Assembly (NCBI GenBank): GCA_965644295.1
Contig: CBFFRP010000391.1
Span: 1 to 9,395 of the forward strand
DNA length: 9,395 nt
Origin: Paraphysomonas bandaiensis
Taxonomy: Eukaryota; Protista; Chrysophyceae
Direction: 5' to 3'
Of the stretch, positions 1-7,699 are shown in pieces. Numbering within the stretch: position 1 is the stretch's first letter; each line of letters begins with the position of its first letter. Both the position numbers and the translations under genes were made by a program. Under the pieces are notes generated by a model. It was not told the origin of the DNA. It did not search any database and worked only from the letters and a program-made list of their open reading frames with translations.

Positions 1-385
1 GCAAATAATGTCAACTTCTGTTAGTGCTTGGTCGTACACGGCGGAACTTAAAAGAGCGTCGTATATAATATATAAGTAAAGCGATTAATGTAAATTTTAG
101 CTTCTTTGTAAGCAATTGAAAGCTATATCTATCAGTTATACCTCACGTTGTGAAGAGTCTGTGTACGCTTTGAAATGAGAGGGGGTGCTTAATATTGCGA
201 TTTCGTTAAATTAAAACCTCTATAATAAGACTTTTGAATAGTAGGTATTATGCGAACGTGCAGTAGTCAGAGACAGTATTAGAATAAATAAAACATTAAA
301 CGATGTATCAATGTTGAACATTAAGATGGTTAAAACTTTAAAATCTCATATTGGGATTCACTAATTTTGTAATTAATTCAGTTGC

Positions 386-523
386 CAAAGATTTGTTTTC
401 AGGATCATAACTAAGAAGTATGTCCTTCTCTCAAAGATTTGTTTTCAGGGTCATAACTAAGAAGTATGTCCTTCTCTCAAAGATTTGTTTTCAGGGTCAT
501 AACCAAGAAGTATGTCCTTCTCT
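386..523. repeat. Tandem repeat, 3 x 46 bp
   Basis: Unit CAAAGATTTGTTTTCAGG(A/G)TCATAAC(T/C)AAGAAGTATGTCCTTCTCT at 386-431, 432-477 and 478-523. Only two positions vary. Confidence 0.97.
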
Positions 524-887
524 CGAAACAGGTCGAAATCAAAATGATGCAGGTATCTTTCCGCTCTACTTTGCTAAAATCAATATTATCAGATATGAGG
601 TAGACACGATCTTATACCTAATCTTGTGTAGTCTACATTTCCATTTAGTAAACATAATTTATATAATATCATTAAATCATCGTATTTTTCAACTAATGGT
701 CACAAGTCGAATACTTCAAAAAACAGCTTTCAATTGCTTACAAATAAGCAAAGCTCAACATTCAACATAATGCCATGAGATAGCTTTGACAAACTGAAAT
801 GTTCTATTGACTGTATAATGTATAACGTATAACGTTATGTCAATCTAATATCTAAGACCTGATAATATTGACTGGTAGCAGTGAGAG

Positions 888-967
888 CAGGGCCTGGTAA
901 CCGTTAATGGTAATGGGCCATTAATGGTAATGCCATTATAATTGCCGGGAATGGTTACCAGACCCTG
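888..967. mobile_element. 80-bp non-autonomous hAT-type MITE
   Basis: TIRs CAGGGCCTGGTAACCGTT (888-905) and AATGGTTACCAGACCCTG (950-967), 16/18 complementary, starting CAGGG as in Ac-type hAT elements. Flanks AGTGAGAG (880-887) and AATGAGTG (968-975) match at 6/8, a degenerate 8-bp TSD. Internal TTAATGGTAATG occurs twice. Confidence 0.72.
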
Positions 968-1223
968 AATGAGTGATTAGAGATGTTGATCACAACTTTA
1001 ATAATTAATTATCGAGAAAGTGTTTAAAGTTCAGTGATCTAAAATACAAAATAATATCCCATTCCAATAATGTCAGTTTCGGAAAATTAAATATACACAT
1101 CTACATTCTAAGTACACCAGGCTATTACATTAATTGTCAAAACAATATGTATTAAATTAGAATCCAAGAATCCAAAACGAAAAATATAAACACTAAAACT
1201 AAAAAATTAGTGACTTTGTGACC

Positions 1224-1343
1224 TCAATATTCTCGTTGTGGTTTACAAATATCAAATACATTCAAATTATTGATTTCTTTCAAACAATGTGTTAGTGATT
1301 CATTTTCAACACATTTTGATTCACTTTTTCTTTCTTCATGTCC
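1224..1343 (-). CDS. EFR3: EFR3-like terminal exon 5 (GHEERKSESKCVENESLTHCLKEINNLNVFDICKPQREY*)
   Basis: A 49-nt intron GTAAGT...cttaAG (1392-1344) is followed by 39 open codons in phase 0 in very AT-rich DNA, ending in TGA at 1226-1224. Confidence 0.65.
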   Translation of the reverse strand, partial: GHEERKSESKCVENESLTHCLKEINNLNVFDICKPQREY

Positions 1344-4300
1344 CTTAAGTAATATATGAATAACATGCCGAATGAACATGTCGCAAACTTACCTGGCGAT
1401 GTTCCGAGAAATCAGATATGCCCTGAGTAGACTTGGACAGGATATTACATTTTTCCGTCCATTTTTGTGTTGGATGCAGAGTCGTGTCCCGGTCCAAAAA
1501 CAAGGACGATCTAAGTACCTTTGCAGTAGCGATGCTGCTAATAATTCCACTATTTTTTTCGCCTGTTCCCCTCCACTGCGAAGACGGTAAAGCCGGTCCC
1601 GCAGTGTGCCTTGAGATAGAACCTGCTGTGCCAGAAGGCAATTGTGGGCGGCTAGCAGAGGATGGAGAAAGGGTTCCACTTTCTTCGTCAAGTTGTTCAC
1701 TTGCATTCATATTGTAGAGTCGCTCAAATGGGTCCTCGATAGGGATAAACTGCTCGGTAAAAGCCTTGTAGTACACATCAAAATTAGTTATTTGTTCCTG
1801 GCAAATGCTGTGGGCGTACCTTCTGAATACTTTCAAACTCCAATTCAAACGCAGGGCAATCGAGCATTATTTCCATCAACTGATGTCTGTCAATAGAACC
1901 TGGTCGCTTAGCCTCCACGCCAGACGAGAGAACTCCTGAGCTTGAATCAGCTGGTGTGCTCACTGCAAGCCCCTCTTCGCTCAACGATAAATACGGTGCA
2001 GAGTCATCCCTCAGACGGTATTTATCAACATCACCTAGTAAGCGATCATATATACGCCGCACTTCGCAGCCGTATAATTTGTGGAGGGAGCGCAAATACG
2101 AGCAGACAAACATTACCAGCCCACTAATGAGTTGTAAGCTTCTCGAAACGGCCTCCGGAGTCGACATAGTTTCCAACGGAAAAGCCAGCCAGAAATCTTC
2201 CATTGCGAGTACCATTGGAAGGGATAACACTGCTTCCCTGGCGCCAAATGACGACAAAAGTGTTTCCTGTGCAACGCTTAATTAATATATATTCAAACAA
2301 GTACAACAAGAATATTAAATACATCGGCACGTTTAATCAGAGCAATGGCAAGTCATACTTGTAGGCTCCATACGGCAGCTACACTGGCAGCATGGCACTG
2401 CCCTCCAATCTCCCCTGCATGTGAACATAGCACACTGAAGATCGCATCGTGAAGTATCACATTCCGCTGCTGTAAAACAGAATTCGCGATGTCGTTTCGT
2501 CGTTGCTGCTCCACGATGGACGTCCTCAGAGCCGCATGAACCTCCGAGTTACGCACCCGTGTAAGGGAAATAAGCGCGCTCTCAGCACGTGCAATGAGGG
2601 TACAAAAAACAATGGAAAGAGAGTGAGAGATAGCGTTGTATCGGCCGTCCATGGACTGAATGTATACACACAGTTGACAAGTATCCTGTAAACTTAAGAA
2701 CAACTGTACAGAGTTGACAGTAAAGAATGACTGTGAGAGATATTGGGAGACTTCTTCCTGTTCCCTACCCAATTCTGAAGAACCTTGGCCAGTACAGAGA
2801 GTATCACAAAGGCGTTCCATGACCAGACACGCCGAATACAAGAGAAGTATCCTGGATACACCTAGAAGTGCCGTCGGATCGGACTGTCGTCGTCCCTCCA
2901 CTACTGAGAGCGCCCTACACAATTTCTGTAGTAGGGATGCAGTGAATCGCACAGTAGGTCCCGCGAGAGCTATCTGACGCATACACAATGCGGTGCTTTG
3001 AATTAAATCCAGAAGTGCGTTGTCTCTCTCTCTTGCTCGACTGTCTTCCTCATTGGCTGACGAGTACGACACCGCCTCGGCCCAAGGAAACTTCATGGTT
3101 TTGCTATTGCAAATCTCTATCATCTTGGGCCATATCACGGAGACGTCTCGAAGATGCCTTGCACAGAAGTTGAGTACAATAATCAGATTTCCCCAGTCGC
3201 TTTCTAAGAATGCAAGAAGAGGGTAGAAATCACCCGATAGAGAAGACTGTATCCGGAGTACGGCAGCAGCACAGGAGGTGATTTTCGTCAGAATCTCACA
3301 TCGCTTCACCAGTGTGCGTTGCACTGCTTCTGACCCGCGCTCCGAACGCAGCTGAATATACCATATTTAAAATATTCGCTCTATGCGACTACTACTTAGC
3401 ACAGCACTTATCGAAACCAGAATATATACTATACAAGTGCAAACTATTACTACAGTGATACTCACTTGAACTTCATCAATGCGTGGTGTGAAAGAACATG
3501 GCCTCACAGTAGATGGCGATGGAGATGAGTTAGCTTCAGGGAGGGCAAGGATAGTCATATTCCGCGCGTGTGATACCAGAACATGGCTAATTGGAGCCTG
3601 GTGCCAGCCAAGCTTAGCAGAAGAAAGTGTAAATATTTCCAGTATAGACTGTATAGGCTCCAGGGGCTCCCATGCATTAATGTCGAACACTGAAATAAGG
3701 GCAGCAACTATGTGCACCACAGTGGTGGGGGAGGGGTTCATAGATAAAGCAAGAAGACAAGAACGAGCTGCAGAATAAGGGGTCAGGGTGCCATCATCGT
3801 CAATGAACAGCTCTTCTGTTGAATGACCGGTCTCAGACTTGTAGTGATCAAATACTACAGCAACTATACTATGTAAACATTTCTCCAGTTCACCAGTCCG
3901 TGGGGATAGTACACCAATTAAGGATGACATAAATCTCAATCCTATTGTGGCTAAATCAGCAGATTGTGACAAAAATTTTGCGCGGTTGCAAAGGTTTTCT
4001 ATAGGGTTCACGAATTGCCCAATATCACAAGCATCACAGCAGTCCGTATAATCTAAAAACGCATCATAGGCTATAGATAAATATGCTAACTCATCACTAT
4101 GCATTAACAGCAGTATAGTGCGGGATATATACACCTCTATCACCTCTGATAGATCAGTGTACATAGCAGCTCTACACAGAGCCCTGAATGCATCAATCCC
4201 CACACGAACATTGTCTAGTTTAGACTTCCCGTAATCTTTTTTTATTCTAGCCTCTAGTTTACGGCATGTGAGATGCAGTTTCCGGGGATACATCACACTG

Positions 4301-4413
4301 TATTCCACCAGAGCCTTTATACGTGAAGCACTCGAAGCAGGGGGATAGATGCTGTTGAGAAGCCTTGAGGAGGTGGAGGGACGACAGCAGGGGAGAAGAC
4401 AACATTCGGTCAT
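1224..4413 (-). CDS. EFR3: EFR3-like protein (EFR3/cmp44E/rolling blackout family; ARM-repeat plasma-membrane anchor of the PI4-kinase IIIalpha complex), 5 exons, about 959 aa
   Basis: The N-terminus MTECCLLPCCRP-STSSRLLNSIYP...IKALVEYSVMYPRKLHLTCRKLEARIKKD...NVRVGIDAFRALCRAA matches the EFR3 pattern as I recall it (Cys cluster, RYKRLV..IFP, KLTFYA...PEKLDRIG.YL..R...D). Four GT-AG introns (3465-3352, 2358-2267, 1819-1765, 1392-1344) join four ORF-track fragments and one extra exon in one frame: 316+331+149+124+39 codons, TGA at 1226-1224. Family call is by motif recognition, not a database search. Confidence 0.82.
1393..1764 (-). CDS. EFR3: EFR3-like exon 4 (124 codons, Ser/Pro/Gly-rich, probably disordered)
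   Basis: Branch-like CTAAT (1787-1783), then first AG at tacaAG|GCT (1765), in frame with ORF 1345..1848. An in-frame alternative acceptor CAG lies at 1750. Consensus donor CAG|GTAAGT at 1392. Confidence 0.72.
1820..2266 (-). CDS. EFR3: EFR3-like exon 3 (149 codons)
   Basis: Acceptor ttgcacAG|GAA at 2267, in frame with ORF 1784..2257 (ETLLSSFGAREAV...). Donor ESIQK|GTACGC at 1819. Confidence 0.78.
2359..3351 (-). CDS. EFR3: EFR3-like exon 2 (331 codons)
   Basis: Acceptor tatattcAG|CTG at 3352, in frame with ORF 2353..3324 (LRSERGSEAVQRTLVKR...). Donor WSLQ|GTATGA at 2358. Confidence 0.82.
3466..4413 (-). CDS. EFR3: EFR3-like exon 1 (316 codons)
   Basis: ATG at 4413-4411. Ends IDEVQ|GTGAGT with a canonical donor at 3465; the last 32 aa of ORF 3367..4413 are intron read-through. 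Confidence 0.88.
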
Positions 4414-4969
4414 AATGAGGTGTGAAGGGGTGGGAGAGGGATGCAGATTTATGTATGTTTAGTTTATAGTTCGATATCATGCACACCTGCCGGTCTATAC
4501 AATCAGATATGATTATACACAACTGTATTGGGGGATGTATATGTACAGTGCATGTATGTAGTATGTTGTATGATATACAGTAGAATTCATCAGGTAGGCT
4601 CGAAAAATAACCTAAAATTGTGCATTTTGGGGGTAAATTTGCAAGTAATTTCCCTCAATAATATAGGGCCCCCCAAAAAGAGCTACAGAGGTCATACACT
4701 CGTACAAAGAATCTAGGGTCCTAAAAATCCGGGTATTTGGTAACTGGCTACAGAGTATTACAATATAGAATTTAGAAATGCAGGATTTTGGGAAATGTAT
4801 ATGCATATATTACATCACTATGACATTGCCCGCATTGATGATCATAACCAAGGGGCGAGGTGTTCCTCCCTATGATCTCAGAGACAACAATACAAGAGGT
4901 ACGACACACATGATGGTAGCATAAGGCGAATACAGCATTAGCTGAAGCCCCTACAGCAACCAGTGTGGC

Positions 4970-5000
4970 TATGTATGTATGTATGTATGTATGTATGTAT
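4970..5000. repeat. (TATG)n microsatellite, 7 full units plus a partial
   Basis: Read directly from the sequence. TATG/TGTA-rich low-complexity DNA also occurs at 4536-4575, 5027-5052 and 5325-5352. Confidence 0.95.
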
Positions 5001-5864
5001 ATATGGGTTAGGGAGCATACACACACTATGTATGTGTATATATATGTATGTATTCCACTAATTGTCTCATAGCATTGACATCAGCCTGTATGTACAGGAC
5101 GATGACTACGACTGAGGTCTTATATATAGATTACAAGTATGATATTCCAGCTATGGATGGTTTGTAGAGAGGATTTTATCAAAGAATTCACCCCACTCGA
5201 AGTCATCCACAGAACACTTGCAATGTATGTATCACTGAATTGTATGATGATCATATATAGCTTCTTTTGTGTGGCGAGTTCTACATCTTAAGCCTTATAG
5301 CATGTATATCACCAGTTAATTAATGTACGTACAATACATATGTATGTATACATGCTTGTAAGTATTTTGCATCACTAACTTATAGGCTATGATACAGACA
5401 ATATCACGACTCACAACTGGGGAGTACTCACAGATACTCCGCACCATGAATTACGAAAAGAGGTGCGTATTAGTTGTGGCATGATGTATGTATTATAATA
5501 TAGTAACGTATGATACTATGTATTACATACAATACCTTTTATATGTGATAAATATGGTATAGTATATTGCCAGCAAGACGACGCTGGGTGATATGTAATT
5601 GATGTAGGATGACGAAACATCTCAGACTCTTTCTTGGCAACAAGCTTCGGATATGCTGGGAGTGGAAGTGTAATTTGCGTGTTTAGTTGTGTGTGGTGCA
5701 AAATCTCTGTTACCCCATGTTTGATGTAGTTATTAGTTACGTGTTAATATATTTGGTTGTATGATATGTGCTTTGCTCCATATAGTAGTAATTTACTTTA
5801 AAGTGCCGAACTATATCATTACTTTTACGTTTTAACTGTCTTTTAGAAAGTAGTAAACGTGACT

Positions 5865-6050
5865 CACTGTCATCTAAACTGTTCCATGTACTTTCATATG
5901 TACCGTGGTATAAAATGTCATATGTACTGTTGCATGCACTCTCATATGAACTGTCATACGAAATGCCGATTAACTATTGCGTGCACTGTCATCTAAACTG
6001 TTGCATAAAATGTCATATGAACTGCCGATGGACTGTAATATGAACTGCCT
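5865..6050. repeat. Degenerate minisatellite, about 12-bp unit (consensus ~AACTGTCATATG) with 24-bp dimers
   Basis: Consecutive units cactgtcatcta/aactgttccatg/tactttcatatg/taccgtggtata/aaatgtcatatg/tactgttgcatg/cactctcatatg/aactgtcatacg. Exact 19-mer CACTGTCATCTAAACTGTT at 5865 and 5984; ATAAAATGTCATATG at 5910 and 6005. Confidence 0.85.
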
Positions 6051-6155
6051 CTATTTTACCGGATATTTTTTACTGAGTTGTAGAAACATTTTCTTCATCC
6101 ATAATGTAGTCACCTCCGTTACCAATACATACGACCAAAAACTTAAATCAAAGTA

Positions 6156-6370
6156 TCATTCGAATGCTCTCCAGTATGAGAGTGGTACAATGACGAGACT
6201 ACTGGTGGTTCTCCATGTATGTCTCGTATCCACCATTCAGAATAGTCTTATCATGCCGCCGAAATACCTTTCTGTCATCGTGCATAGACGCTTTGAGACC
6301 ACCTTCTGAGCGTTTTCGAACGCTGTTCTCTGCCTTATTCTCAGTGATATGTAACAATTGGACCGTAAGT
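6156..6370 (-). pseudogene. Possible PIF/Harbinger (DDE_Tnp_4-like) transposase C-terminal fragment
   Basis: A minus frame reads RQRTAFENAQKVVSKRLCTMTERYFGGMIRLF*MVDTRHTWRT, resembling the N...S..R..VE..FG.....F..LD motif around the catalytic Glu (GAA at 6272-6270). In-frame TGA at 6239-6237. Recognition by eye only. Confidence 0.35.
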
Positions 6371-6489
6371 ATAATGATATGATTCCACTCTTCTAAGACA
6401 TGTATACCATACCACTATACAGTGTACTACTACATACATAATCCACGAGACAGTACATATATTTCCTAAAATCCTAAAATTATTTAAGT

Positions 6490-6995
6490 ATGTGTAAAGC
6501 TTGCGCCAAATCAAAGATGACAAGAAAATCATTCACGGTGAAGAGGGACGACGAGCTACAAGCCACGAAGTTCCTCGAGAAGGATTCTGTGGATATTGCT
6601 GTATATTTCAATTGTCCTCTTCCAGACAGGGATATAGGTATGTCCTAACGTTATCAGATATTGCCACCAAGGAGTTTTGGGAATATCCGTTGAAGGCGCG
6701 GTCTGCTAATGAGGTGTTGAGTTGAGTGAAGGACTGGGTTGAGTGTGAACTCCCCATATGTCCCGATTCACACTGGCTGATACAGTATCATTCGGGTGGA
6801 GGTGCTGAACTGATCGACAATCCATTCAGCAATACTTAATTAGCAAGTTCGAGACCCAGCAACACCTGGAGCTCTACGGACAGCCCTGAGATGAATGGTG
6901 TATCTGAGCGTCGGTATCGCACATTGGGAGAAATCAAACTGGCTCTGTTAATGGGCTGAAGACTTTCCGTAATATTTTGGTGGACACTTACATAC
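6490..6995 (+). mobile_element. Degenerate Ty1/copia LTR-retrotransposon pol fragment (end of GAG-pre-integrase CxxC plus rve integrase core), pseudogene
   Basis: Across frameshifts: CKACAKSKMTRKSF...TKFLEKDSVDIAVYFNCP / SRQGYRYVLTLSDIATKEFWEYPLKARSANEVLS*VKDWV...YHSGGGAELID / IQQYLISKF / TWSSTDSPEMNGVSERRYRTLGEIKLALLMG*RLSVIFWW. These are standard copia motifs (SPExNGVSERxxRTL, FW). D1 at 6592-6594, D2 replaced by GGT at 6795-6797, E at 6906-6908. Confidence 0.9.
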
Positions 6996-7003
6996 ATACT
7001 TGA

Positions 7004-7161
7004 CGAAAAAAACCTCACAGAAAAACCTACCGAAAAAACCTACCTCACAGTCGTTTTTGGGGGGGTGAGGTAGGTTTCAAAATTCGTGAATTTGAGCACC
7101 CAAAAACCTCCTGATTCCACTTGACCTCACACCCCAAATCTAGATATGTGACCTCACACTG
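7004..7161. mobile_element. Probable lone end of a DNA transposon (hAT-like) with ACCTCAC subterminal repeats
   Basis: ACCTCAC at 7012, 7042, 7124 and 7151, and inverted at 7065. A 13-bp perfect inverted repeat AAACCTACCTCAC (7036-7048) / GTGAGGTAGGTTT (7065-7077). The block ends ACCTCACACTG (reverse complement CAGTGTGAGGT, a CAGNG hAT-like terminus). No partner TIR or TSD seen. Confidence 0.5.
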
Positions 7162-7204
7162 GAGTCTTGTTAACTCTACATATTACTATATATGGAGAGA
7201 AATA

Positions 7205-7699
7205 TTAATGGAGCAATGAGCTAATATTGATGGGGAGCAAGACACAATAGCTGGAGACTTGGGGTTGCAAACAGATTTGGAGGGCAAGGTCTTTCACACC
7301 CACACTTGTCCAGGTCTGAGAGAACAATATGCACTCTAGGCTGCATAACCCAAGCCAGGAATGCAAGTTATCCACGGCGAGAGTAATATTGTTGGATAGG
7401 CGCTATAGCATATCATTGAAGGGCACTGTGAGTGGTGTGTTGTTGAGTGTAAGACCAACCCCAGTGTGAACACAACTCTCCGAATGCCCAGACCAATCCG
7501 ACTCCAGTCGAACGCACTGGCCACTTTGCCCAACCTAGGGAAAGGAAGGTTAGAAACGTTTTGTGTGCCTCTAGCTATCCCAAACCTTGTACTCATTAGG
7601 CTTGAACAATACTATAGAATTATCTTAGCTTTGTGTCGAGACACTTGTCAGTCTAAGTAGATCGTGCAGAGTGTGTCGTACACTGCAATCCAGGTAGTA
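7205..7699 (-). pseudogene. Decayed spliced gene fragment of unknown identity (two exon remnants around a 51-nt intron)
   Basis: Intron-like 7585-7535: AAG|GTTTGG...ttCTAACcttcctttcccTAG|GTT, with branch point and pyrimidine tract. The joined frame gives about 145 codons interrupted only by TAA (7627-7625) and TAG (7405-7403). Confidence 0.35.

Noticed and set aside
386-523. CRISPR array
   Set aside because: Units are head-to-tail with no unique spacers, the context is eukaryotic, and there are no cas genes.
420-770. 116-aa + strand ORF
   Set aside because: Its start lies inside the 46-bp repeat, and the rest is AT-rich with no recognisable domain.
1372-3778. Many short + strand and off-frame ORFs (e.g. 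1433-1717, 1956-2285, 2714-2977, 3479-3778, 1389-1706)
   Set aside because: Antisense or alternative-frame shadows of EFR3 exons.
1345-4413. Four separate genes or a prokaryotic operon, as the ORF track suggests
   Set aside because: Canonical splice sites join them in one frame, three of the four lack an ATG start, and no ribosome-binding sites are evident.
4625-4755. TTTTGGGGG/CCCCCAAAA inverted repeat and GCTACAGAG direct repeat
   Set aside because: 9-bp low-complexity matches with no TSD or defined termini.
5977-6309. 110-aa + strand ORF
   Set aside because: It begins in the minisatellite with a non-ATG start, has no recognisable domain, and is antisense to the putative transposase remnant.
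6180-6324. Hairpins ACGAGAC/GTCTCGT (6193-6227) and AGCGTT-TTCG-AACGCT (6309-6324) as a structured ncRNA or Helitron 3' end
   Set aside because: No CTRR terminus follows, the stems are short, and the region is better explained as antisense transposase-like sequence.
7205-7699. Stop-codon reassignment (TAA/TAG = Gln) to explain in-frame stops in the remnants
   Set aside because: The 959-codon EFR3 model contains no in-frame TAA/TAG and uses CAA/CAG for Gln, so mutational decay is simpler.
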